From Ilumatobacteraceae bacterium (GTDB lineage Bacteria; Actinomycetota; Acidimicrobiia; Acidimicrobiales; Ilumatobacteraceae), in NCBI GenBank assembly GCA_021298195.1, contig JAJTEQ010000001.1, positions 102,110 to 166,109 of the forward strand: a stretch of 64,000 nucleotides of DNA. Direction: 5' to 3'. Both the position numbers and the translations under genes were made by a program. Within the stretch, counting starts at the first letter, position 1, and each line of letters starts with the position of its first letter. The notes below the pieces were generated by a model. The model was not told the DNA's origin. It saw nothing but the letters and a program-made list of their open reading frames with translations, and ran no database searches. This document shows positions 7,882 through 18,192 of this stretch, in pieces.

Positions 7882-9516
7882 TCAGATCGTCGGCACTTCG
7901 ACGTGACGCCCGAAGACCCCGGCCATGGTGTTCATCATCTCGCCCACCGTCACGTAGGCCAACGACGCGTCGATCAAGGCGGGCATCAGGTTCACCTCGG
8001 TGTCGACGGCGTCCTTGGCCAGGCGGTCGAGGGCGTCGCGAACCGCGGCATCGTTGCGATCGCCCCGCACCTTCGACAACCGTTGCTTCTGCTTGGTCTC
8101 GTCCTCGTTGGTGATCTTCAGAATGGCGAGATCGTCGTCATCGTTACCTTCGAGGAACCGGTTCACCCCGACCACGATGCGCTCACCACGGTTGAAGTTG
8201 CGCTCCAACTCGTAGGCGCTGTCGGCGATGCGACCCTGGAACCAGTTCTCCTCGATGCCGGTGATGCACCCCTCGAGGATGGAACCCCGGCCCATCTCGT
8301 CGATCTTGGCGAAGATCTCCTCGGCGCGACGCTCCATCTCGTCGGTGAGGGCCTCGACGAAATGGGAACCACCGAGCGGGTCGGCCACGTGGGCCACGTT
8401 CGTCTCGTACGCGATCACCTGCTGCGTGCGCAACGCGATGCGCGCGGCCTTCTCGGTGGGCAACGCGAGCGCTTCGTCCATCGAGTTGGTGTGCAACGAC
8501 TGGGTGCCGCCCAAAACGCCGGCCAAGGCCTCGATCGCGGTGCGAACGATGTTGACCTCGGGCTGCTGTGCGGTGAGGGACACGCCGGCCGTCTGGGTGT
8601 GGAAGCGCAATTGCATCGAGCGCTCGCTGGTGGCTCCGTAGCGCTCCTTCAACCAGCGGGCCCAGATGCGCCGCGCGGCGCGGTACTTCGCGATCTCCTC
8701 GAAGAAGTCGATGTGAGCGTTGAAGAAGAATGACAGTCGCGGCGCGAAGGAGTCCACCGGGAGACCGGCCTGTCGGGCCAGTTCCACGTAGGCGAAACCG
8801 TTCGCCAGGGTGAACGCCAATTCCTCGGCGGCGGTGGAGCCGGCCTCACGGATGTGGTACCCGGAGATGGAGATGGAGTGCCAACGGGGCATCTCGGCGG
8901 CGGTGAAGGCCACGGTGTCACGAACGAGTCGCATCGACTGACGGGGCGGGAAGACGAACTCCTTCTGCGCCTGATACTCCTTCAAGATGTCGTTCTGGAG
9001 CGTTCCACCCAGCTTGGCCCGGGGAACGCCGGCGGTCTCGGCCTGCGCCACGAACATGGCCAGCATCACGGCGGCCGGCGAGTTGATCGTCATGGACGTG
9101 GTGATTCCGCCGAGATCGATGTCGGCGAAAAGATCGCGCATGTCGGCCAAGGTGTCGATGGCCACGCCACAGCGACCCACCTCGCCCAGCGCCATCGGGT
9201 CGTCGGAGTCGAGCCCCAAGAGGGTGGGCATGTCGAACGCGGTCGACAGTCCGTCGCCACCGGCCTTGATGATCTCCTTGAAGCGTTGGTTGGTGTCGAT
9301 CGCGGTCCCGAAGCCCGCGAACATGCGCATCGTCCAGAGCTTGCTGCGGTACATCGACGCGTAGGGTCCGCGCGCGTAGGGATACTGCCCGGGGAACTCG
9401 CCGTCATCGGGGCCGTACACGGGTTCCAACGGAATACCCGACATGGTCTGGAAGGGTCCTTCACGCAGTCGGGACTCGTCGAACGCCTTCTGCCACTGTT
9501 GCCGGGGAGTGCTCAC
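7882..9516 (-). CDS. methylmalonyl-CoA-mutase-family acyl-CoA mutase, large catalytic subunit
   Basis: [60 protein letters not shown]. Start taken as GTG 9516 (544 aa); ATG at MSGIPLE is the alternative. The upstream part of ORF 7882..9927 is not credible. Confidence 0.85.
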   Translation of the reverse strand: MSTPRQQWQKAFDESRLREGPFQTMSGIPLEPVYGPDDGEFPGQYPYARGPYASMYRSKLWTMRMFAGFGTAIDTNQRFKEIIKAGGDGLSTAFDMPTLLGLDSDDPMALGEVGRCGVAIDTLADMRDLFADIDLGGITTSMTINSPAAVMLAMFVAQAETAGVPRAKLGGTLQNDILKEYQAQKEFVFPPRQSMRLVRDTVAFTAAEMPRWHSISISGYHIREAGSTAAEELAFTLANGFAYVELARQAGLPVDSFAPRLSFFFNAHIDFFEEIAKYRAARRIWARWLKERYGATSERSMQLRFHTQTAGVSLTAQQPEVNIVRTAIEALAGVLGGTQSLHTNSMDEALALPTEKAARIALRTQQVIAYETNVAHVADPLGGSHFVEALTDEMERRAEEIFAKIDEMGRGSILEGCITGIEENWFQGRIADSAYELERNFNRGERIVVGVNRFLEGNDDDDLAILKITNEDETKQKQRLSKVRGDRNDAAVRDALDRLAKDAVDTEVNLMPALIDASLAYVTVGEMMNTMAGVFGRHVEVPTI

Positions 9517-9536
9517 ACCCCCATTGTGGCGGGGAA

Positions 9537-9986
9537 TCAGGCCGATGCTCCACCCGAGCCGTCGACGCGCCCCGTCTCGGTGGTTCGTTCCGCTTGGGGC
9601 AGGACGCATTCGGCCGTTCCCCCGGGCATCCGATGTCGGTTCTCGGCCACCCAGCGATACACCGCGGCCGCGATCCGGTCGACCCCGGGAAACACGATGA
9701 ATCGACCGAGCACCTTCCAGAAACCCCCACCGTGGATCAGGGTGCGCGCGACGGCTCGATGCCCCGAAACCACCGTCCCGTCGACATCGACCCACTGCAC
9801 CGCGGTCTCGCACATCTCGACGGTGAGTCCCAATGAACCGAGATCGGTGTGCTGCCAAGCCACGACACGTGGGTGTCGCGCGATGCGCCGCTCGATGAAA
9901 CGCACCGAACGAGCACAGAACGCACAATCGCCGTCGTAGACCAACACGGGATCCGTGAGGGAGGTGGACGAGATGCTCACGACCAC
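9537..9986 (-). CDS. DCC-family (DUF393) thiol-disulfide oxidoreductase
   Basis: N-terminal VLVYDGDCAFCARSVRFI motif typical of the DCC1-like family. 149 aa. Confidence 0.75.
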   Translation of the reverse strand: MVVSISSTSLTDPVLVYDGDCAFCARSVRFIERRIARHPRVVAWQHTDLGSLGLTVEMCETAVQWVDVDGTVVSGHRAVARTLIHGGGFWKVLGRFIVFPGVDRIAAAVYRWVAENRHRMPGGTAECVLPQAERTTETGRVDGSGGASA

Positions 9987-10038
9987 AGTGTGCCAGTCCT
10001 CCCTCGTCCGTGCACTTCGGGAGGGACGGCTCCGGGTG

Positions 10039-13000
10039 TCAACGCCTCGCGCGCAGCGTCCGTATTTCGAAGGGACGCAGCGTCAGTTCGACCGAACTCG
10101 CCGTCACCGTGATCGGCGCGGCATCGGACGGCTCCTCGAGGGCGTTGCACTCCACCACCGACGTGACCGGTCGGTCGAAGGTCAAGCGGCCCGTCGCCCG
10201 ACCTCCCCGAGTTTCCCACAGTCGAATCACGATGTCGCCCGAACCGTCATCGGCCGACTTCACGGAACTGATCGACACGCCCTCGGAGTCCACGCGAACA
10301 CCGACCGAGACGATCTCGGGCGTGCCTCGCACCACTCGTGTCGGGTGCCCGATCAGTGCCGCCTCGCGCTCCAAAAGACCGCTGGCGATCACGTCGTGAT
10401 CGGCCACGAAATAGGACCACTCGACGCGTTGTCCCCCGCGGTCCGCCGTGGGATCGGGGAACATCGGCGCGCGGAGCAACGTGAGTCGCAGGGCGTCACC
10501 ACGATTGTCGTAACCCCGCGGGCCGTCCGCGACGATCGCCATGCTGGCTCCGGGCTCGCCGACCACGACGTAACGATGCGCACAGGTCTCGAATCGCGCC
10601 ACGTCCCACGACGTGTTGCCGTGTCGCGCGCGCCGTACGTGCCCGAACTGGGTGCCACACACCGCTTCGCGGGCCATCACGTCGATCGGCGCGATCAGCT
10701 GAACGCGTTTCTCGACCTCGTGCCAGTCGGCGTCCATCGCCACGTCGACGCGCGCCGAGTCCGCGACCACGGACCAACGCATCCGGAAACGGGAGGATCC
10801 GTGCGCGAACTCGCAGACCACGACCACTCGTCGCTCGTCGACCGACTCGATGCGCGGGGGACTTTCCGCGCCGATCGATGTGGCGGGCGCATCGGCGTCG
10901 GCCATGTCGATGTCCCACGCGTCGTACTCGGCCGGGGTGTCGCGTCGGATCGTCAGGCCGATACGGGATCCGGGGCGCACGAACTCTCGGCCACTTCCCA
11001 CGTGGACCAGCGAGACGATTCCCCCGTCGTCGGCGAAGGTCACACGAACCAGGCCGTTCTCGACCACCAGCGAAGTTCCGTCAGTACCGAGCCCGCATCG
11101 AACCGGATTCGCCGGCGACCGACGAGCCCGACCGAGTTCGACGATGCTCATGGCGGGAACGATCACGCGCTCGGGGACTCCGTCGACGTCGACGACACCG
11201 TCCAGATCGACCGGCGCCGGATTCGCCAACCAGACCGAGTCGTCGAAGCGGGGCGACAACACCTCGTCGATCGCTTCCTCGATCCGACGCGCGATCTCGG
11301 CGTGCTCGGCCTCGGCGTCGCGATGGACCCAGGCGATGGACGATCCGGGAATGATGTCGTGGAACTGCTGCGTCAGAACGCGTCGCCACCACCCCTCGAG
11401 ACCGTCCACTTTGCTCGCGGTCGCCGCCGACCACAGTTCGATCTCGTGCAGCAGTCGCTCACTGTTGCGGTTGCCCTGCTTCGTGCCGATCTGGGAGCTG
11501 TACGTTCCGCGATGCTTCTCGAAGTACATCTCACCCACCCAGACGGGTGCACGCGCGCCATATTCCTCGATGGCATCGTCGAAGAATCCCGCCACGGTTC
11601 CGAAAGTGACCGAGGGGACCGAATCCATGGAACCCGCGATGCGCCCACGGTCGATCATCTGTTGCGTCGGACCCCCGCCACCATCGCCGTGACCGAACAA
11701 GGCCAAGGACATGGTCGCGCCGACGTGGTCGGCGAAGTTCCTCTCGGCGAAACGCAACTGCGACGGCATGAGGATGGCGTTGTAGGTGTCCACCGGGCTG
11801 AAGTGCGCGAACAACCTCGAGCCATCGATCCCCTCCCACCAGAAACTGTGATGGGGCATGCGGTTCGTTTCGTTCCAACTCAACTTCTGCGTGAAAAACC
11901 AACGACCGCCAGCGTGACGAACGATCTGGGGCAGAGAACCGGGATAACCGAAGTCGTCGGGCAGGAACGCGCCGTCGCATCGACGACCGAACCAGGACTG
12001 GAAGGCCCGTTGGCCGTGGATCATCTGGCGCAGCAGACTCTCCCCCGAGGGCAAATTGAGGTCGGTCTCCACCCACATCCCACCGACCGGTTCCCAGCGG
12101 CCCTCGGCGACCAAGCGCCTCACCTCGTCGAACAATTGCGGCGCGTCCTCGCTCACCCATTCGTAGTGCTGGGCCTGACTGTGCGTGAACACCACGTCGG
12201 GATTGAGCCGCAACAAATGCACCGCATTCGCGAAAGTGCGCACCGCCTTGCGACGCGTCTCGCGGATCGGCCACAACCACGCCGTGTCGAGATGGGCGTG
12301 ACCGCTCGCCACGACGCGATGGCGGGGTCGCGGCCCGGATCCGTCGAACACCGACGACAGCGCGTCGATGCCCTCGGCGGCCGTGCCCGACACGTCGTTC
12401 ACGTCGATGGCGTTTCCGGCTCGCTCGAGGGCGTCGAACAAACGCGCTCGACCGGGCTCGTTCTCCGACGAATCGAGTGTCAGGTCGATGACCGCCTGCA
12501 GGCGCAACGTCAGCTCCTCCACGGCGGCGTCGAACACCGCGATGTCGGCTCGACGCATCACGTACAGAGGCACGTTCGGTGCGGTCTGCGGATCTCCGAG
12601 CGACGTCGGGCCGTATCCGGAGGCGTGTCCGGCGATGACCGGTGTCGCGGCCGCCTCGACCCAGATCTCGATGACTTCTCCGATCGCGCGCTCCCCGAGG
12701 TCGATCGTGCGTCGGTCGGGCTGAATCGCGTGAACGATCCGGCCGTCGATCCAGGCGATCGCCTCGGCCTGGAACCCGTCGTATCGGCCGTTGAACCCGA
12801 TGTCGACGCTGGCCACCAACCGCCGTCCGGCATGCCGTTCGTCGACGGTGTGCGTGAGTCGGAACCAGGTGGTGTGCCACGGTCGTCCCCACGCGGAGCC
12901 CGGCTCGACGAGCCGTCGTGGCGCCCGCACCGCGTCCTCGAATCGTGGAGCGTCGAACGCCTCGTCGATCGCTTCGATCGTCATCCCGGTCTCGCGCGAC

Positions 13001-13077
13001 AGCACGCACGGCCGGATCCGCTGCGAAAGAAGCCGTTGCGCGCGTTGCATCGCCGGGGCCGTGACACGGTGCGCCAT
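10039..13077 (-). CDS. GH38 alpha-mannosidase
   Basis: About 1012 aa. GH38 text: VVASGHAHLDTAWLWPIRETRRK, FTHSQAQHYEW, WVETDLNLPSGESL. ATG 13077 overlaps the TGA of the upstream gene (CTGATGG). Confidence 0.85.
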   Translation of the reverse strand: MAHRVTAPAMQRAQRLLSQRIRPCVLSRETGMTIEAIDEAFDAPRFEDAVRAPRRLVEPGSAWGRPWHTTWFRLTHTVDERHAGRRLVASVDIGFNGRYDGFQAEAIAWIDGRIVHAIQPDRRTIDLGERAIGEVIEIWVEAAATPVIAGHASGYGPTSLGDPQTAPNVPLYVMRRADIAVFDAAVEELTLRLQAVIDLTLDSSENEPGRARLFDALERAGNAIDVNDVSGTAAEGIDALSSVFDGSGPRPRHRVVASGHAHLDTAWLWPIRETRRKAVRTFANAVHLLRLNPDVVFTHSQAQHYEWVSEDAPQLFDEVRRLVAEGRWEPVGGMWVETDLNLPSGESLLRQMIHGQRAFQSWFGRRCDGAFLPDDFGYPGSLPQIVRHAGGRWFFTQKLSWNETNRMPHHSFWWEGIDGSRLFAHFSPVDTYNAILMPSQLRFAERNFADHVGATMSLALFGHGDGGGGPTQQMIDRGRIAGSMDSVPSVTFGTVAGFFDDAIEEYGARAPVWVGEMYFEKHRGTYSSQIGTKQGNRNSERLLHEIELWSAATASKVDGLEGWWRRVLTQQFHDIIPGSSIAWVHRDAEAEHAEIARRIEEAIDEVLSPRFDDSVWLANPAPVDLDGVVDVDGVPERVIVPAMSIVELGRARRSPANPVRCGLGTDGTSLVVENGLVRVTFADDGGIVSLVHVGSGREFVRPGSRIGLTIRRDTPAEYDAWDIDMADADAPATSIGAESPPRIESVDERRVVVVCEFAHGSSRFRMRWSVVADSARVDVAMDADWHEVEKRVQLIAPIDVMAREAVCGTQFGHVRRARHGNTSWDVARFETCAHRYVVVGEPGASMAIVADGPRGYDNRGDALRLTLLRAPMFPDPTADRGGQRVEWSYFVADHDVIASGLLEREAALIGHPTRVVRGTPEIVSVGVRVDSEGVSISSVKSADDGSGDIVIRLWETRGGRATGRLTFDRPVTSVVECNALEEPSDAAPITVTASSVELTLRPFEIRTLRARR

Positions 13078-13583
13078 CAGTGACCCCCTGCGACCCGTCC
13101 GATCACCGGTTGGGCGAGCCGCACGGCGGGGTCGAATCCGGACTCGTTCGGCAACCAGCCGTTGCGATCGGGCCACAGCAACTGGACCATGGCGAAGGAC
13201 TCCCCGCGATGCCAGGCGACTCCGGTGCGGAACATGTCGACTCGTGACGTGACGTCGACGCTGGCGAAAACGCAACGGAGCTCGTTGTCGAACAAACCGA
13301 CGAGTTCGGTGTCGATCGGAATGTCGACTCCCGATGCCAGCTGATCGACGACCATGTCGAGCAACCCGCTGACGGCCACCGGTGTGAGACCGAACACCAC
13401 GATCTCGGGAAATCCGTGCAATTCGGGGAGACCGATCGTGTAGCAGTACCCCGGCGTCGGCGGGTCACCGGACGGCTCGGCCGACACCGGCTCGAGCGCC
13501 CACCCCTTCGTTTCGATCATCCACTCGATCTTCTCGGCATGGGGGATGCGGAAGTTCGGCAACTCCGACGGCGATGAACCCAT
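13077..13583 (-). CDS. DUF4262-like protein
   Basis: 168 aa. Text YCYTIGLPELHGFPEIVVFGLTPVAVSGLLDMVVDQL matches my recollection of the DUF4262 core pattern. Confidence 0.6.
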   Translation of the reverse strand: MGSSPSELPNFRIPHAEKIEWMIETKGWALEPVSAEPSGDPPTPGYCYTIGLPELHGFPEIVVFGLTPVAVSGLLDMVVDQLASGVDIPIDTELVGLFDNELRCVFASVDVTSRVDMFRTGVAWHRGESFAMVQLLWPDRNGWLPNESGFDPAVRLAQPVIGRVAGGH

Positions 13584-13616
13584 TCCTCCATCGTTTCACA
13601 CCGCTACCTTGTCCTC

Positions 13617-14354
13617 GTGCTCCGGTTCCTGTTGCGACCCAAGTGGATCCTCTTCCATCTGCTCTGCCTGACCGGCATCGTCGCGATGTTGTTCCTGTCG
13701 CTCTGGCAATTCGACCGCATGGGCGAACGACGAGACTTCAACGACGAGGTGCGTGATCGGGCGACGATGCCCCTCCTCGACATCGCCGAGCTGGACTCCG
13801 CCGACGTGGATCCCGCCGCGCTCGAATGGCGCTCGCTCGGCGCCAAAGGCGTCTACCTGGCCGACGAACAGGTCACCATCGCCAACCGCAGTCAGAACGG
13901 CCGAGCCGGCAGCAACGTGGTGACACCTCTTCGACTGGAGGACGGTCGAACGATTCTCGTCAACCGCGGATTCCTCGCCCTCGACGACGAGGCTCCGGTC
14001 GCACCCGACGGAGAGGTTCGGCTGGTCGGAACCGTCAGATCCGGAGAGACGCGTCGCACGGGCCAACCCGCCGAGGCGAACGGTGACCTCGACGAGTTTC
14101 TCCGTCTCGACATCGACCGCCTCGACGAGCAGATCGACGGCGAACTGTTGGACATCGTGCTGGCGCTCGAGAATTCCGACCCCGCCGAGAGTTCCACACT
14201 GACCCCGGTGGCCTCACCCGAACTCAGCGACGGACCGCACCTGTCGTACGCGATCCAATGGTTGATCTTCGCCTCCGCCGTCGCCGTCGGATGGGTGCTC
14301 GCCATCAGATTCAGCCTGCGTCGCCGCGAGCCTCGATCGACGCCATCCGCCTGA
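13617..14354 (+). CDS. SURF1-family protein (cytochrome oxidase assembly)
   Basis: N-terminal TM plus LWQFDRMGERRDF and C-terminal GPHLSYAIQWLIFA plus TM, the typical SURF1 topology. GTG start. Confidence 0.75.
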   Translation: MLRFLLRPKWILFHLLCLTGIVAMLFLSLWQFDRMGERRDFNDEVRDRATMPLLDIAELDSADVDPAALEWRSLGAKGVYLADEQVTIANRSQNGRAGSNVVTPLRLEDGRTILVNRGFLALDDEAPVAPDGEVRLVGTVRSGETRRTGQPAEANGDLDEFLRLDIDRLDEQIDGELLDIVLALENSDPAESSTLTPVASPELSDGPHLSYAIQWLIFASAVAVGWVLAIRFSLRRREPRSTPSA

Positions 14355-15276
14355 ACTGCTCCACGACGTCGTGGCTGGTGTGCCCGGCGTCCATGGATCG
14401 ATACACGGTTTCGACGTTGACACTCACGCGACCGAACTCGCCCCAACTGGCGAACGAACGACCGGCGATCCCCATTTCGCGGGCGATGTCGCGGGCCGCT
14501 TCGAAAGCGTCGATCCCCGCGGCGTGACGAGCCGCGGCCTCGATCTGGATGAACGCCAGATAGTCCCGCACCGCGACCACTCCGGTCTTGTCGGTCACGG
14601 GACCGTGACCCGGAACCACGGTCTCGATGTCCATCCCCAGCATCAGGTCGCAGGCCGCGATCCAGTTCGACAACGGGCCCGCCCACACGATGGGTGTCCC
14701 CCCGACGAACAAGATGTCACCGGTGAACACCGTGCGGGCATCGGGAACGTGGGCGATCACGTCACCTCCGGTGTGCGCCGGCCCGACCTCGATCAATTCG
14801 ACCACGCGGCCGCCCACCTCCACGTCGAGACGACCGTCGAAGGTCCGCGTCGGCAGGCGTTGTTCGATGCCGTCGAAACGGAAGGCTCCGAAGAACGAGC
14901 GGAACAACTCGCCCACTTCGCCGGGAGCCGCGTTCAACGCCGCCAACATGGAAGGTGGCACCTCGGACATCTCCCGGGTCGCGGACGTCGAGGCGACGAT
15001 CTCGGCACCTTCGACCAGTTGATTCCCGTAGCAGTGGTCGCCGTTGGCGTGAGTGTTCAACAACGTCGCGATCGGAGCCGTTCGCGTGTGCGGGGCGAAA
15101 GCGCTCAACATCTCCGCGGTCAGATCGAGATCGAACAGGGTGTCGACGAGCAGCGAGGCTCCGTCGCCCACGATCAACCCGGCGTTGCTCCAACCCCAAC
15201 CGCCGTCGGGTTGCAAAAAGGCCAGACAGCCGTCACCCAACTCGTGGGCGCCTCGCTCGTAGGCGACCTCAGACAT
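14311..15276 (-). CDS. MBL-fold metallo-hydrolase
   Basis: LLNTHANGDHCYGN (HxHxDH-type metal motif variant) and PGHGPV. Start ATG 15276 (MSEVAYERG...). Its 3' end overlaps the convergent SURF1 gene by 44 nt. Confidence 0.8.
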   Translation of the reverse strand: MSEVAYERGAHELGDGCLAFLQPDGGWGWSNAGLIVGDGASLLVDTLFDLDLTAEMLSAFAPHTRTAPIATLLNTHANGDHCYGNQLVEGAEIVASTSATREMSEVPPSMLAALNAAPGEVGELFRSFFGAFRFDGIEQRLPTRTFDGRLDVEVGGRVVELIEVGPAHTGGDVIAHVPDARTVFTGDILFVGGTPIVWAGPLSNWIAACDLMLGMDIETVVPGHGPVTDKTGVVAVRDYLAFIQIEAAARHAAGIDAFEAARDIAREMGIAGRSFASWGEFGRVSVNVETVYRSMDAGHTSHDVVEQFRRMASIEARGDAG

Positions 15277-15508
15277 CCGAGTTCGAGCCCTCGGCCAACT
15301 CGTCGGCGTCATCGAACTCCTGCACCCGCCCAACGGGTCCGCACCAACGGCACGTCACGGACTCGACCTCGTCCTCGAGGACCACGACGTCCTCCACCGC
15401 CAGGCGTCCCCCGGTGCTGTAATGGTGGAACGCCGACGTGCGGGTGCGTCGCACGACGTCGAAACGGGTGAGGTTTCCGCAGGAGGTGCAGCGCAATCGA
15501 GGGGCCAT
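15269..15508 (-). CDS. small zinc-ribbon protein (hypothetical)
   Basis: MAPRLRCTSCGNL...CRWCG gives two CxxC pairs. About 79 aa from ATG 15508; ATG 15562 is the alternative. No SD seen. Confidence 0.45.
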   Translation of the reverse strand: MAPRLRCTSCGNLTRFDVVRRTRTSAFHHYSTGGRLAVEDVVVLEDEVESVTCRWCGPVGRVQEFDDADELAEGSNSDV

Positions 15509-15544
15509 GACCCGATCGTAGGTTGCCCCCCTCCGATTCTTCCG

Positions 15545-17341
15545 ATGCTTGACGGGGAACATCTGTTCGGGAACACTGGACGAGTGCCCGAATCGGTCGT
15601 TGCCCCTCCCTCGTCACGCGAGCGACGCGCCGTGCAGCGCACCTTCGACGACATGGGAACGCCACTCAGCGAGGTCACGTTCTGCATCATCGACTTCGAG
15701 ACCACCGGCGGGTCTTCCGACACCGATCGGATCACCGAGATCGGCGCGGTCAAATACCGCGGCGGCGAGTGCCTGGGGACCTTCCAGACCCTCGTCAACC
15801 CCGGGGTGCCGATTCCCCCGTACATCACGATGCTCACCGGCATCACCGAGTCCATGGTCTTCCCCGCGCCGCGCATGGAGTCGATACTCGGCACCCTCGT
15901 GCACTTCATCGGAGATGCCGTGATAGTCGCCCACAACTCCCGGTTCGACATGGGCTTCCTCAACGCCGCGTTGATTCGGGACGATCGCGACCCACTCGAC
16001 AACAAGGTCGTGGACACCGTTCCGCTGGCCCGGCGGCTGGTGGGAAGCGAGGTGCCCGACTGCAAACTCGGCACTCTCGCATCGCGTCTGCGTCTGGCGC
16101 ACCAACCGAGCCACCGAGCGCTGGACGACGCGTTGGCGACCGCCGACCTGTTGCACCTCCTGCTCGAACGTGCCGCCGGATACGGCGTGCTCGGCTTGGA
16201 CGACCTCATCGGACTCCCGCGGCTCGACACCCATCCGCAAGCGGCCAAGTTGCGACTCACCGAGGACCTTCCCCGCGCTCCGGGTGTGTACATCTTCTCC
16301 GATGTGAACGGGCGCATCCTCTACGTCGGCAAGGCCACGAACCTGCGTCAGCGGGTGCGGAGCTATTTCAGCACCGGCGAGAGTCGGCGCAAGGTCGGAT
16401 CGATGTTGCGCGTCGTGCATCGTGTCGATCACATCGAGACCCCGGACCCGATCACCGCCGAGATCCTCGAGATGCGGCTCATTCGACGCGTGATGCCGCA
16501 GTACAACCGCGCGGGGACGACGAGCAACAAGTACTGCTACGTCCGACTCACTCTCGAGGAGGAATGGCCCCGACTGGTGATCGTCAAGAACCCCGGTACC
16601 GGGAAAGCGGCGGCCGGCATCCACATCGGACCCCTGCCCAGCCGCACCGCGGCGCGACTGGTGGTGGAAGCGATCGAGTCGGTGGTTCCCCTGCGACGGT
16701 GCACGGTTCGCATGGGCCGCACCTACGCCGCCCCCGCGGATGCACCGGTCTGCTCGGCGGCTCAACTCGGCGTGGCCATGTGTCCCTGTTCGGGTACCGC
16801 CGACCCCGAGAAGTACGCCGAGGTCGTGCGGTTCATCGCCTCGGCCCTCACCGCCGACTCGTCGCCGCTCTTCGGCATGCTCGACGAGAAGATGCGCGCA
16901 CTCGCCGTGGCCCAGCGGTACGAAGAGGCCGCCAACGTGCGCGACCGCATGCAGGCGCTGTCGCAGGCGCTTTCCCGCCAACGACGTTGCGAACAGCTTC
17001 GTCGCGCCCAACGACTGATGGTCCGACACGACGGCGTGGTGTTCGAACTCGATCATGGCGTCCTCGTGGCCACCCGACTCGACGACCAGATGTTCACGCC
17101 CTTGACCACGAATCCGGGTCCCGTGCTCACGACCGTCGAATCGTTCCTCGTTCCCGCGACCCCACCGACGGCCCAGAGCGGGCCCTTGTCCCGCGACTTG
17201 TACGACGAATTGATGTGCGTCTCCCGATTCCTGGAGGCCCACGCGCGATCCATCGACGTCATCGAATGCACGGGGAACATGAGCTCGCCGCGGTGCCCGA
17301 TTCCGGAACCGGGCGGAACGACCCTGCGTCAGGTCGCCTGA
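15545..17341 (+). CDS. DEDD (DnaQ-like) 3'-5' exonuclease fused to a GIY-YIG (UvrC-like) nuclease domain
   Basis: FCIIDFETTGG, VAHNSRFDMGFL and HRALDDALATADL (Exo I-III). Then GVYIFSDVNGRILYVGKATNLRQRVRSYF (GIY-YIG). Start is uncertain: ATG 15545 chosen, ATG 15653 possible. Confidence 0.8.
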   Translation: MLDGEHLFGNTGRVPESVVAPPSSRERRAVQRTFDDMGTPLSEVTFCIIDFETTGGSSDTDRITEIGAVKYRGGECLGTFQTLVNPGVPIPPYITMLTGITESMVFPAPRMESILGTLVHFIGDAVIVAHNSRFDMGFLNAALIRDDRDPLDNKVVDTVPLARRLVGSEVPDCKLGTLASRLRLAHQPSHRALDDALATADLLHLLLERAAGYGVLGLDDLIGLPRLDTHPQAAKLRLTEDLPRAPGVYIFSDVNGRILYVGKATNLRQRVRSYFSTGESRRKVGSMLRVVHRVDHIETPDPITAEILEMRLIRRVMPQYNRAGTTSNKYCYVRLTLEEEWPRLVIVKNPGTGKAAAGIHIGPLPSRTAARLVVEAIESVVPLRRCTVRMGRTYAAPADAPVCSAAQLGVAMCPCSGTADPEKYAEVVRFIASALTADSSPLFGMLDEKMRALAVAQRYEEAANVRDRMQALSQALSRQRRCEQLRRAQRLMVRHDGVVFELDHGVLVATRLDDQMFTPLTTNPGPVLTTVESFLVPATPPTAQSGPLSRDLYDELMCVSRFLEAHARSIDVIECTGNMSSPRCPIPEPGGTTLRQVA

Positions 17342-18192
17342 CGGGCCCCGCCGACGTCGATACCCAGGTCCAACATCCGACCGTCGTTCTCCTCCACCAT
17401 CGACCGCATACGGCGCACGAGTTCCGCGGACTCCTCGACGGTGGTCAACGCGGCAACGCTCGGGCCCGACCCGGACAACCACGAAACGACGGCGCCGTTG
17501 CGCACGAAGGCGTCGCGCACCGCCCGGGATCGCGGTGCGGCTTCGAATCGCGTCTCTTGATGAAGACGATCCTGCACTCCGAGGGCCAACAGTCGACGAT
17601 CGCCGAGCCGCAGACCCTCCGCGAGCATCAACACTCGACCCATGTTGAACACCGCGTCGCTGCGAGCGACCACGTCGCCCAACGTTCCCCGACTCTTCGA
17701 CGTGGACGTGCTCGATGCGGGCACCCACACCACGAGTCGCGCGTCGAATCCGACCGGGATGTTCACCACCGTGCGATCCGCGACGGCGACGACGCCCCCG
17801 AACAAACTGGCGGCCACGTTGTCGGGATGACCCTCGATCGTCGCGGCTCGATCGAGGATCTCGTCACGACGTTCCTCGATGAACCCGTTGCCATCGGTCG
17901 GCGCGACGCCTTCGCGGGACATCAGTCCGATGATGGTTCCGGCCACGATCGCCGCTCCGGAGAAGCCGAGGCCCCGGCCCGACGGGATCGAGCTCTCGAA
18001 CCACACCTCCCCGCGTCCTCCGGCGGCGGAGAACGCGACTCGTGCCGGATGTCGGTCGGACAATTCGTGTTCGTCTCGTCCGAATCCCATGCGTACGTGC
18101 ACGCCCAACGCCATCGCGAGAACGTCGAAACCCGGCCCCAAGTTGGCCGAGGATCCCGGGACGATCACGGCCGTCCCGATTCGATCAGGCAC
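17329..18192 (-). CDS. thrB: homoserine kinase
   Basis: VPGSSANLGPGFD, PSGRGLGFSGAAIVAG (GHMP motif), EGHPDNVAASLFGG, SGSGPS. GTG 18192 overlaps the trpD stop by 8 nt. Confidence 0.8.
   Translation of the reverse strand: MPDRIGTAVIVPGSSANLGPGFDVLAMALGVHVRMGFGRDEHELSDRHPARVAFSAAGGRGEVWFESSIPSGRGLGFSGAAIVAGTIIGLMSREGVAPTDGNGFIEERRDEILDRAATIEGHPDNVAASLFGGVVAVADRTVVNIPVGFDARLVVWVPASSTSTSKSRGTLGDVVARSDAVFNMGRVLMLAEGLRLGDRRLLALGVQDRLHQETRFEAAPRSRAVRDAFVRNGAVVSWLSGSGPSVAALTTVEESAELVRRMRSMVEENDGRMLDLGIDVGGARQAT

Noticed and set aside
9955-13083. 1042-aa plus-strand ORF
   Set aside because: Entirely antisense to the GH38 alpha-mannosidase. It has no motifs and a composition dominated by R/G/H/D/V.
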